Source: Anaerolineales bacterium
GTDB lineage: Bacteria > Chloroflexota > Anaerolineae > Anaerolineales > E44-bin32
Direction of reading: 5' to 3'
Assembly: GCA_036477195.1 (NCBI GenBank)
Contig: JAZGCZ010000080.1
Span: forward strand, 1 to 40,192
Length of the DNA stretch: 40,192 nt
In this document: in pieces, positions 1 to 8,494 of the stretch
How positions within the stretch are numbered: position 1 is the first letter of the stretch
How the letters are laid out: each line of letters begins with the position of its first letter
Position numbers and translations under genes: made by a program
The notes under the pieces: generated by a model
Seen by the model: only the letters and a program-made list of their open reading frames with translations
Databases searched by the model: none
Told to the model about the DNA's origin: nothing

Positions 1-1517
1 CGACACCCGAGACACCCACTCCGACCCCCACAATAATTCCCGCCACGTTGCGCGTTCAACGCACTGCAATTCCAACCGAATTAGCTCAGACGCCGCTCGC
101 ATTCTTTGTTGCCCAAACGCCCACTCCCACAACTGTCGTGGGAATAACGCCACACCCGGCCTTCGAGGCATACTCCTCCGGGCTGCGCGCGTTGGAGCGC
201 GGCAACTATGAACAGGCGGAGGGATTTTTCAATCAGGTGTTGGATCTAGATAACGCGCTGGCCGATGCCCACTATTTCAAAGGAGAAGCACGGCGACTCT
301 ATGCCATGTCAGACGATGGCGCGGACGACCGCAGCGCACTTCTTGGTGCGGCCATCCAATCCTTCGACAACGCGGTTTTGAGAGATCCGGAATATGCCCC
401 GGCTTACTTGGGTCGCGGACGAGCGCTTGTTGAGCGAGCCATCATTCGGGAGGGTCCTAAAGGGATCGATGGCCAGGACCTGCCTGCGGACTACGCCAGA
501 GCACTCGATCTTGATCCGACCTTCATGCAGGCCTATGTTGCTCAGGCGAAATTCATGCGATCCGTAGGCTTATGGAAGAACGCCGAAGAAACATTGCAGG
601 CGGCACTGGACGTCGGCTTGCGAGACCCGATTGTGTACATCCTGATTGCTGAAGCTCAGCTCATTCGCGGAAAGAATGAGGCCGCCTTGGAGAATGCCAT
701 TGAAGGCAGCGGCCGCGATCCCACAGACATAGACGGGTATTTCGTGTTGGGGCGAACCTTCGTTCGTCTTGAGCAGTACGAGCAGGCGCTGCAGCCTCTT
801 CTGACTTACGTAGCGTACAAGGGGGATGATCATCGCGGTTGGAGTGATTTGGGCCGCACGCAGCTCGAGCTGGGCGATCTGCCAGCTGCCGAGTTCTCGC
901 TCAATCAGGCACTCACGATCAAAGCGGATTACTCGCCTGCATTTATCGGGCGTGGTTGGTTGAACTTGGAATTGGGAGACTATCAATCTGGGGTAAATGA
1001 CTTCAACAAAGCCATTCAGTTCGGGCAAGAGACATTCGAGATGTACCTAGGCCTGGGACATGCATACTTCCTGTTGGGAGATCTTCAGGGAGGCTTGAAT
1101 CAAGCCAGTACTGCAATGCAACTAGCTTCATTGGCCAAGGAGTGTGAAGTTCACGATCGAGATATTTCACGCGGATACCATCTGCGTGCGATCATCTCGG
1201 AGGCTTCGGACGAGTTGACAGACTACGCGATTCAAAATTGGGAATGGATTTTGGCCCTCGTGTGCCCGGATCCGCTCATCCGTGAGATTGCGGAGGAACA
1301 CCTTTTGATCTTGACCGGCGAAATTCCGGTTCCTTCGCCGACCGCAAGCCGTACAGCGACTCCTGCCGGACCCACACCGACGCCGCCGATGTCTCCTACG
1401 CCGACCCTTTCTCCTACGCCAGCGCCGACCGCAACTCCCACGCGCACTTCGACTCCAGGCCCGACCTCCACCCCTACTCCCTCGCGCACTCCTACCCCCA
1501 CTTCATTCGCTCAATAA
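1..1517 (+). CDS. TPR-repeat protein with Pro/Thr-rich linkers (5'-partial)
   Basis: Frame is open from the window start (TPETPTPTPTIIPATL...). Many TPR-like helical repeats (AYLGRGRAL, GYFVLGRTF, AFIGRGWL) and a C-terminal PT-rich tail. Confidence 0.85.
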   Translation, partial: TPETPTPTPTIIPATLRVQRTAIPTELAQTPLAFFVAQTPTPTTVVGITPHPAFEAYSSGLRALERGNYEQAEGFFNQVLDLDNALADAHYFKGEARRLYAMSDDGADDRSALLGAAIQSFDNAVLRDPEYAPAYLGRGRALVERAIIREGPKGIDGQDLPADYARALDLDPTFMQAYVAQAKFMRSVGLWKNAEETLQAALDVGLRDPIVYILIAEAQLIRGKNEAALENAIEGSGRDPTDIDGYFVLGRTFVRLEQYEQALQPLLTYVAYKGDDHRGWSDLGRTQLELGDLPAAEFSLNQALTIKADYSPAFIGRGWLNLELGDYQSGVNDFNKAIQFGQETFEMYLGLGHAYFLLGDLQGGLNQASTAMQLASLAKECEVHDRDISRGYHLRAIISEASDELTDYAIQNWEWILALVCPDPLIREIAEEHLLILTGEIPVPSPTASRTATPAGPTPTPPMSPTPTLSPTPAPTATPTRTSTPGPTSTPTPSRTPTPTSFAQ

Positions 1518-1631
1518 TGGGCCGAGAGGTGGCCACGCCCACTTCTTCTCGCGCAACATTCGATGAGGTAGCTCGCCATAGGCGCGAGACCAAATGGACG
1601 CACGCAAGCTCAACAAGCATTGGGCCATGTG

Positions 1632-1660
1632 TAGACATTCCCCCATCACTACGCTAAAAT
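1632..1660 (+). promoter_or_regulatory. Putative sigma70 promoter for rpsT
   Basis: TAGACA-17 bp-TAAAAT about 50 bp upstream of the rpsT start. Confidence 0.55.
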
Positions 1661-1710
1661 AGCACGCTGGATAGCGGCACATTTGTGTGCCCCACAGACT
1701 GGAAGAGCTA

Positions 1711-1980
1711 TTGGCAAACACACTATCGGCTAAGAAGCGTATCCGCCAAAACGAAAAACGCCGGGTGCGAAATAAAGCAGATCGGACTCGAACCCGGAAT
1801 CAAGTGCGGATGGCTCGAGCCGCGCTCGAATCGGGAGATTCAGAGGCAGCCTCAGCTGCCGTCCATCTGGCCGCAAGCGAGCTCGATCGAGCCGCCGCCA
1901 AGGGTGTTTTTCACTCTAAGAATGCCGCTAGGCGGAAGAGCCGGTTGATGAAGCAGCTTGCAGCCCTCGTCAAGGGATAA
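1711..1980 (+). CDS. rpsT: 30S ribosomal protein S20
   Basis: ANTLSAKKRIRQNEKRRVRNK...DRAAAKGVFHSKNAARRKSRL. TTG at 1711 follows GGAAGAG and matches the usual S20 N-terminus (ORF track start 1687). Confidence 0.97.
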   Translation: MANTLSAKKRIRQNEKRRVRNKADRTRTRNQVRMARAALESGDSEAASAAVHLAASELDRAAAKGVFHSKNAARRKSRLMKQLAALVKG

Positions 1981-2003
1981 GAGAATTAGAGCGCACACGC
2001 CGC

Positions 2004-2038
2004 GACCTCGACGTTGGGTGTCGAGGTCTCTTTATTTC
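2004..2038 (+). terminator. Intrinsic terminator after rpsT
   Basis: 9-bp stem GACCTCGAC/GTCGAGGTC followed by TCTTTATTT. Confidence 0.7.
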
Positions 2039-2073
2039 TCAATTCGAATCCCTGCTGCGATTTAGCCCCTCCT

Positions 2074-3858
2074 ATGTTCGATTCGGAGATTCTCAAACTC
2101 ACCACTAACCTTCGGGAAGCTCTGGACCGCGCGAATATTCCTTATCCCGAACAAATCCAATGGAACCCTACTCCCTTCAGTGGTCGTTGGGGAATTGGAA
2201 CCGCGGTCGCCTTCCAGGCCGCCGCTCTCGAGGGTGATGCTGACGATGTTCCAAAACGGGCTCGAGAGATCGCAGCTCTCGCCGCTGAGGAAATCAGTTC
2301 GCCGGCCGCATTTGAGCTTATTCAGGCCGAGAATGCGTACATCAACGCCTACTTCGACACCGCCACGTATGCCGCACGCGTGGTCGATTCAGTTCTGGAT
2401 CTTAACCAGGATTTTGGCAGAGGCTCCCCAAAGGGTGAGCGAGTGATGGTTGAGTACGCCCAGCCAAATACACACCACTCCTTCCACATAGGGCACGCGA
2501 GAAACACCGTTCTCGGAGAGTCGCTCGCAAGGCTCGTCGAGTTCGCGGGCTTCGAAACCATCCGCGCCTCCTACCCAGGAGATATCGGCCTGGGTGTGAT
2601 CACATGCATGTGGGCTTATCAGAAGTTTCACGAGGGTCAAGAGCCTGAGGGTGTCCATGAGCGGGGCCAGTGGCTTGCCGGGATCTACCATGAAGCCAAT
2701 ACACTGCTTACCCCCAAGGATGATGAGACGGCTGAGGAGCGCGAACTGCGCGAGCAGTACGATGCAGAGCGAAGGGATATGTTTCGGCGCTGGGACCGCA
2801 AGGACCCGGAAGTCCGCGATCTTTGGTTGAAGACGCGCGCGTGGAGTCTGGACGAGCTCCATGAAATTCTACACATCCTGGGCGCTGATATCGATGTCTT
2901 TTTCTTTGAGAGCGAGATGGATGAACCAGCCAAGGAAATCGTGGAGGAGCTCATTTCCCTGGGTATCGCCGAAGATGAGCGGCCCGACGGTACAGTATTT
3001 GTGAAGATTGATGAAAAGCTGGGATTGAAAAAGGAAAAATATCGCACATCTGTCTTACTGCGCCAGGATGGAACCACGCTTTATTCAGCCAAGGACCTGG
3101 CGTTGGCTAAGCGCAAGTTCGAAACCTATGACGTGGATCGGTCTGTCTACGTGGTAGATGTGCGCCAGAGCCTGCATTTCGACCAGGCGTTCAAGATTCT
3201 TGAGCTTTGGGGGTTTGAGCAGGCCAAGAAGAGCCATCATCTATCCTATGGATTTGTGACCCTACCCGGGGGGATGATGTCTTCCCGCCTGGGAAACGTG
3301 GTGTTATTCATGGATGTCGCCACAGAGGCGCAACGCCGCGTGCTCGACATCATCGCTGAGAAGAATCCCTCGCTCACCGAGGACGAGCGGGCCGTAGTTG
3401 CCCGCCAGGTTGGATTGGGAGCGCTCAACTATGCGCTCATCTCAGTGGATAACACAAAAGAAATCGTCTTCGATTGGGAAAAAGTCTTAAGTTTCGAGGG
3501 TCAGTCGGCCCCGTACATTCAAAATGCGCACGTCAGAGCCAGTAGCATCCTGAGGAATTCTGAGGGCGTATCCGATCATGCGAGTTTCGATTACGAGTTA
3601 CTCGAGATGGAATCGGAGCTAATCGAGCGTATCTCCCAGTTCCCAGAGGTCGTCCAGAAAGCCGCTGCAGAATACAAACCCCTCCATATGTCAAACTATG
3701 CCTATGAGCTAGCCAGAACTTTCCACACCTTTTATCACTCGGTGCCTGTCTTGCGTTCGGATCAGCGGGAGGCGAGAATTCGCCTGACCGCGGCCGCGAA
3801 GCAGACACTTGCCATTAGCCTGCGCCTACTGGATGTCGAGGCCCCAGATCGTATGTAG
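2074..3858 (+). CDS. argS: Arginyl-tRNA synthetase
   Basis: VEYAQPN...HIGHARN (HIGH), MSSRLGN (KMSKS-like), GQSAPYIQNAHVR and a C-terminal DALR-like anticodon domain ending PDRM. ATG 2074 preferred because the ORF-track start lies inside the terminator. Confidence 0.96.
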   Translation: MFDSEILKLTTNLREALDRANIPYPEQIQWNPTPFSGRWGIGTAVAFQAAALEGDADDVPKRAREIAALAAEEISSPAAFELIQAENAYINAYFDTATYAARVVDSVLDLNQDFGRGSPKGERVMVEYAQPNTHHSFHIGHARNTVLGESLARLVEFAGFETIRASYPGDIGLGVITCMWAYQKFHEGQEPEGVHERGQWLAGIYHEANTLLTPKDDETAEERELREQYDAERRDMFRRWDRKDPEVRDLWLKTRAWSLDELHEILHILGADIDVFFFESEMDEPAKEIVEELISLGIAEDERPDGTVFVKIDEKLGLKKEKYRTSVLLRQDGTTLYSAKDLALAKRKFETYDVDRSVYVVDVRQSLHFDQAFKILELWGFEQAKKSHHLSYGFVTLPGGMMSSRLGNVVLFMDVATEAQRRVLDIIAEKNPSLTEDERAVVARQVGLGALNYALISVDNTKEIVFDWEKVLSFEGQSAPYIQNAHVRASSILRNSEGVSDHASFDYELLEMESELIERISQFPEVVQKAAAEYKPLHMSNYAYELARTFHTFYHSVPVLRSDQREARIRLTAAAKQTLAISLRLLDVEAPDRM

Positions 3859-3888
3859 CGGGGCAGAAAGGAAGAGTTTCAAACTCTA

Positions 3889-5223
3889 ATGGAGCCCGAT
3901 CGCGTGCTAATCATGGGAGCCGCGGGCCGCGACTTTCACAATTTCAACGTGTACTTTCGAGATAACTCGGCCTACGAAGTAGTAGCCTTCACCGCCACTC
4001 AAATTCCAAATATCGATCGTCGGACTTACCCGCCTGAGTTGGCCGGCGAGATGTACCCCAACGGCATTCCGATCTACCCCGAGGACCAGCTCGAAACCTT
4101 GATTGAGACAGAGGAGATTTCGCAGGTTATTTTCGCCTACAGCGATATCCGACACACCGACGTGATGCATATCGCCTCCAGGGTTCTGGTTGCTGGCGCT
4201 GATTTTCGGCTGATGGGATTGGGATCCACGCTGATTGAGTCTTCAAAACCCGTTGTTTCAATCTGTGCAGCTCGCACGGGAAGCGGAAAGAGCCAGACCA
4301 GCCGCAAAGTAGCGTCTATTCTACGAGAGCTCGGCCACAAGCTGGCGGTCGTACGCCATCCCATGGCCTATGGTGATCTGGCGGGCCAGGCGGTGCAGCG
4401 GTTTGCCAGTTATGATGATCTCGATCGCTACGCCTGCAGCATTGAAGAACGAGAGGAATATGAGCCACACCTCGCCCAAGGCACGGTGGTTTACGCTGGC
4501 GTCGATTACGAAGCGATCCTGAGGGAAGCGGAAAAGGAGGTCGATATTGTCCTCTGGGATGGAGGCAATAACGACTTGCCGTTTTTCAAGAGTGACCTGG
4601 CGATTGTAGTGGTGGATCCTCATCGACCAGGCCACGAGTTGAGCTACCATCCGGGGGAAGCAAACGTGCGGGCTGCAGATGTGATCATTATCAATAAGAT
4701 CGACACGGCCGCGGAAGATGACATCGAGACCGTAAGAGACAATGTCGCGAAATTGAATCCAGAAGCGCAAGTCATCGAAGCCGCTTCTCCGATACAGGTG
4801 GACGATCCGGATGCTATTCGTGGCAAACGCGTGATTGTGGTCGAAGACGGCCCCACCCTGACACATGGAGAAATGGCCTTTGGGGCGGGCTGGATCGCGG
4901 CCCGTCGATATGGAGCCGAAGAAATTGTGGATCCGCGCCCCTATGCCCAGGGCACCATTTCGGAGACCTATGCCAAATACCCGAACACCGGCGCCGTCTT
5001 ACCTGCGATGGGCTATGGCGATGAGCAGATGGAAGAACTCGAGCAGACGATCAATGCCGCGGATGCGGAGGTAGTGATCATCGGCACCCCGATCGACCTC
5101 GGTCAGCTGCTCGATCTCGATAAGCCCTACCAGAATGTCCGCTATCACTTGGAAGAGATCGGCCAACCCCGCCTGCCGGGGATCCTGAAAGCGCAATTCG
5201 GCCGAGGACCGGGAGAGACGTGA
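3889..5223 (+). CDS. COG2403-type P-loop ligase (cyclic 2,3-diphosphoglycerate synthetase-like; probable arginine synthetase ArcE type)
   Basis: N-terminal IMGAAGRDFHNFN, P-loop RTGSGKSQT, VRHPM, IEEREEYEPH, WDGGNND, EDGPTLTHG, LPAMGY. Confidence 0.8.
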   Translation: MEPDRVLIMGAAGRDFHNFNVYFRDNSAYEVVAFTATQIPNIDRRTYPPELAGEMYPNGIPIYPEDQLETLIETEEISQVIFAYSDIRHTDVMHIASRVLVAGADFRLMGLGSTLIESSKPVVSICAARTGSGKSQTSRKVASILRELGHKLAVVRHPMAYGDLAGQAVQRFASYDDLDRYACSIEEREEYEPHLAQGTVVYAGVDYEAILREAEKEVDIVLWDGGNNDLPFFKSDLAIVVVDPHRPGHELSYHPGEANVRAADVIIINKIDTAAEDDIETVRDNVAKLNPEAQVIEAASPIQVDDPDAIRGKRVIVVEDGPTLTHGEMAFGAGWIAARRYGAEEIVDPRPYAQGTISETYAKYPNTGAVLPAMGYGDEQMEELEQTINAADAEVVIIGTPIDLGQLLDLDKPYQNVRYHLEEIGQPRLPGILKAQFGRGPGET

Positions 5224-6485
5224 CCGTAGACGGACCGGTACTCACTTGGGAGGGCAAAGAGGCGGTCCTCCCGCCTCCAATTCGGCTTGTCCAGACCGCT
5301 GTCGTCCTTCCCAATGGTGCTCCGGAGGCAGCCGACCGGCGTTTGATCCAGGGCGAGAATCTGGGGGTCATGAGCGCGCTCCTGACGGACTACAAAGGCA
5401 AGATTGACCTGATCTATGCCGACCCTCCATTTCTATCTGGTAAGTCGTACCGTGTACGAACAGGCCATAGAGAAGATTCCCGACGACCAAATGACTGGAA
5501 GACGGCCGAAGGCTTTCGCGACGAATGGAACGATCGCGCGGAGTATCTCAACATGCTTTATTCTCGACTCCGCTTGATGCACACGTTGCTATCGCACACC
5601 GGAACGCTCTACCTGCATTTAGATTGGCACGCGGCGGGATACGCCCGTGTGCTTCTAGACGAGGTTTTTGGCCATGAGCGTCTGCTAAATGAGATCATCT
5701 GGACCTATCATGGACCTTCCCCCATCCGAACCGCGTTCAAGCGAAAACACGATACGATCTATGTCTATACGAAGTCCAAGGAGTACACTTTCAATGCCGA
5801 TGCAGTGCGCATTCCCTACAACGCATCGACGGTCAAGACCTTTTCCTCCGCAAAGGCCGGTTTCGGCAAACGCCCAGACCTGGAGCGTGGAAAAGTGCCT
5901 GAAGACTGGTGGTACTTCCCGGTCGTCGCACGAATGCACCGAGAGCGCACTGGCTACCCCACCCAGAAGCCCGAAGCACTATTGGAGCGGATTATCCTCG
6001 CCTCAAGCAATCCGGATGACCTCGTAGCAGACTTTTTCAGCGGGTCTGGGACCACTGTAGCGATCGCCAGACGATTGGGCCGTAGATGGCTGGCATGCGA
6101 CATCTCACCCATCGCAATAAACACGACTCGACGCCGGCTGCTACTCGAGCCAGGTGCGGGAGGCTTCGGCGTCTGGGTGGACAAAGCCAGCCAGGATCAG
6201 CATGCTCTGCATCCAAAGATTGATGTCCGGGCCAACAACTTGGATGTGCAGGCACAGCTCACAGATCTCGACCCAGAGGCTCTGACTGCTTTCGAATTGG
6301 ATTGGAATTTTGATGGCCAGCTGTTTCGCAGTGAAGCTCAATCAATAAGGGGCTGGCGGGAGGAGCGCATCAACATCCGGCTGGACCATTCGTATCCCGA
6401 GGCGGGCAGTTACGTGGTTGCTGCGCGCGCGGTGGACACTGAGGGAAAAACCGGCTTAGCCACTGAGCGAGTGCAGGTCGGTTAA
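5220..6485 (+). CDS. Site-specific DNA methyltransferase (N4-C/N6-A, beta-class, Mod-like) with C-terminal PKD-like extension
   Basis: DLIYADPPF (motif IV) precedes YPTQKPE and DFFSGSGTT (motif I). GTG start overlaps the upstream stop. Confidence 0.9.
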   Translation: MTVDGPVLTWEGKEAVLPPPIRLVQTAVVLPNGAPEAADRRLIQGENLGVMSALLTDYKGKIDLIYADPPFLSGKSYRVRTGHREDSRRPNDWKTAEGFRDEWNDRAEYLNMLYSRLRLMHTLLSHTGTLYLHLDWHAAGYARVLLDEVFGHERLLNEIIWTYHGPSPIRTAFKRKHDTIYVYTKSKEYTFNADAVRIPYNASTVKTFSSAKAGFGKRPDLERGKVPEDWWYFPVVARMHRERTGYPTQKPEALLERIILASSNPDDLVADFFSGSGTTVAIARRLGRRWLACDISPIAINTTRRRLLLEPGAGGFGVWVDKASQDQHALHPKIDVRANNLDVQAQLTDLDPEALTAFELDWNFDGQLFRSEAQSIRGWREERINIRLDHSYPEAGSYVVAARAVDTEGKTGLATERVQVG

Positions 6486-6550
6486 CGGCGCTCGCGATCG
6501 ACGTTGAGGGACAGTCCAGCTTCGTCATTGACCGAGTGCACGTCGGTTAT
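6421..6550 (+). repeat. Two 65-bp tandem copies of the methyltransferase 3' end
   Basis: 6421-6485 vs 6486-6550 align ungapped at 49/65 by manual count. Confidence 0.85.
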
Positions 6551-6579
6551 CAGCGAAGGTTACCTCTCTTAAAGAAATT

Positions 6580-6603
6580 GAGCGCACCCAATATTGTGCG
6601 CTC
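6580..6603. terminator. Hairpin between convergent genes, probable terminator
   Basis: GAGCGCAC-8 nt-GTGCGCTC; T-rich tail on the minus strand. Confidence 0.55.
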
Positions 6604-6626
6604 GTTGATTCATCAGAACGTTTCGC

Positions 6627-7292
6627 TCAGTTTGGAAGATCGAATCGGTATCCCATTCCTCGGATCGTATGTAGGAACACGGGCTTGGCGGGATCTAGCT
6701 CAATCGCGTGGCGCAGCCAGCTCATATGGACGTCCAGGGTGCGCGTATCTCCTGTGTAGTCGGTTAGCCAAACCTCTCTGATCAGTTTCTTCCGGGTCAG
6801 CAGCTTCCCAGGGTTGTGCATAAAAAGCTCAAGCAGTTTTGATTGCTTCGGTGTCAGTCTCGCTTCTCTGCCATTGACGCGAACTTTCCGCTGCGCCAAG
6901 TTCAGCTTGACCGGCCCAGCTTGAAGCACATAACGTTCATCTCCTGGAAGGAGCCGAATCACGCGGTTCACCAGCTTGCGAGGTGTGAATGGTTGAACAA
7001 GCGTTACGCTAGATCCGTTAGCAGGATCGGGACGAGTGCCACTTGGGGATATGAGGATGATGGGAATGCCATTCAGGCCCGCGCTTGCAGCCCGGGACAT
7101 CCGAGACCCACTCGTTCGCATCGAGGCAGCATCCAGTACTAACACATCCGGAGAGGTTTTGGCTGCAGCGCTGATTCCTTTATCGACTTTGTGATGGACG
7201 GTGACATCGAACCCTTTTTTCTCGAGCGCCGAGGCGAATGAGGGAGCAGTCGGGCGACCGCTCTCGATCAGTAGGATTTTCGCTATCGCCAT
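6627..7292 (-). CDS. OmpR/PhoB-family response regulator with atypical receiver
   Basis: Receiver-like N-terminus plus winged helix (LTPKQSKLLELF, VW..DY.GDTRTLDVHMSWLR, TIRGMGYRF). ATG 7292 lies downstream of a consensus promoter. Confidence 0.9.
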   Translation of the reverse strand: MAIAKILLIESGRPTAPSFASALEKKGFDVTVHHKVDKGISAAAKTSPDVLVLDAASMRTSGSRMSRAASAGLNGIPIILISPSGTRPDPANGSSVTLVQPFTPRKLVNRVIRLLPGDERYVLQAGPVKLNLAQRKVRVNGREARLTPKQSKLLELFMHNPGKLLTRKKLIREVWLTDYTGDTRTLDVHMSWLRHAIELDPAKPVFLHTIRGMGYRFDLPN

Positions 7293-7355
7293 TAAGTGAA
7301 ATCCCCAGCTAAAAGAACTCGGCAGCGGGGACTGTTCACGCTGCCTGTGATGGTC

Positions 7356-7384
7356 ATTATACATGAGCGACATTGGTGCATCAA
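7356..7384 (-). promoter_or_regulatory. Putative sigma70 promoter
   Basis: Minus strand TTGATG-17 bp-TATAAT upstream of the response regulator. Confidence 0.6.
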
Positions 7385-7391
7385 TGAGACT

Positions 7392-8477
7392 TTAGTTGGG
7401 CAGTTTGGAGTTGCCTAAATCCTTAAGTGAGTGTAATTGCGTGCTCGAGCGGATACGACTGATTCCGCCTCCCTCAGCGCGATCGCGGCCGCCGGTAAAA
7501 CCTCTGAACGGTCTTTCACCAAGCCGACCCATCACCGAGTCCGAGTAAGCCACCGGACCGGCCCATAAAGCCAATGGGCTGAGATCCTCGCGCAGCAAAT
7601 CCGAGCCATATTTCCATTCGCTGCGGATGAGCTTTCTGCCAATCTGTGCCGCGGCCTCTTCGATTTCACGCTCGCGCCCCGATGCGCGACCGCCCGCGCC
7701 CAACACCCAGACTGGAAGTCGAGAAGGGTCGTTGAAATACTCGAGGTGCGCCCATTCCTCGACTTCTTGCGACGACGCAGATTGGCCCGCAGCCTCAATA
7801 ACCTTCGCAGCAGCAAACATCGCTGCTCCGCGAACGGGCCCAGAGCCCAAGAATAAGATAGGTTGAGACGGGTCGATCTGCTGCGCGGCATCACGTCCGA
7901 TCGCCGACTCGCCCTCCCCCCATTCTGCTAAGGCCTCAGGTAATCCGCTCAGATAATTATCAATTTGATCTTGGAGGCCGCTATTAGCCAGCTGGGCTCC
8001 GATCGCATAACCGGCCATAAGCGCTGCGAGGTAGCTGATAAGCCCGGGTCCCTCAGGGTATTCAGGCAGGTCGAGAACAAATACTCCGTTGGCCATGGTG
8101 GCAAGGGTGCTATCTGGATCGGCCGTTATTCCGAGGGTCTGTGCCCCCAACTCCTGAGCAAGGCGCATCGCCTCGATGGTACGGGCGGTTTCCCCCGAAG
8201 CTGAAATTCCCGCCACCAAAAGACCTTTACCCACCGAGCGAGGAATCGTGTATCGTGCGGCTTCCATCGCGTGAAGACCCCGCGCGGTATGACCCGTCCA
8301 ATTCGCAAAAGCATAGGAGAGAGCATAGGCCGCGTGATGTGAGTCGCCGCAGCCGCAGAGAATGAGTTCCTGGAAGTCTACAGTGAGAACTCGAGCGGCG
8401 CGTTTTCTAGCTTGAGGCCAATAATCCTGGATGAAGTGGGCTGCTGATGCTGATTGAAGAGCTAGTGAAGTGGGCAA
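7392..8477 (-). CDS. Double SIS-domain protein (GlmS isomerase/FrlB-like sugar-phosphate isomerase or deglycase)
   Basis: LCGCGDSHHAA, GISASGETARTIEA, FLGSGP, AAKVIEAA, EEWAHLEYF. TTG start. Confidence 0.85.
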   Translation of the reverse strand: MPTSLALQSASAAHFIQDYWPQARKRAARVLTVDFQELILCGCGDSHHAAYALSYAFANWTGHTARGLHAMEAARYTIPRSVGKGLLVAGISASGETARTIEAMRLAQELGAQTLGITADPDSTLATMANGVFVLDLPEYPEGPGLISYLAALMAGYAIGAQLANSGLQDQIDNYLSGLPEALAEWGEGESAIGRDAAQQIDPSQPILFLGSGPVRGAAMFAAAKVIEAAGQSASSQEVEEWAHLEYFNDPSRLPVWVLGAGGRASGREREIEEAAAQIGRKLIRSEWKYGSDLLREDLSPLALWAGPVAYSDSVMGRLGERPFRGFTGGRDRAEGGGISRIRSSTQLHSLKDLGNSKLPN

Positions 8478-8494
8478 GTCAGTATAATGCGAGG

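Noticed and set aside
1232-1501. Gly/Val-rich antisense ORF (likewise 10902-11300 and 17624-17884)
   Set aside because: Mirror images of Pro/Thr- or Lys/Ser-rich low-complexity coding regions.
1497-1560. Possible 41-bp duplication of the TPR gene end (CCCACTTC...)
   Set aside because: Short, needs an indel, and lies in low-complexity context.
5220-6550. Integrated mobile element with att-like 3' duplication
   Set aside because: Copies are directly adjacent with no cargo or integrase between them.
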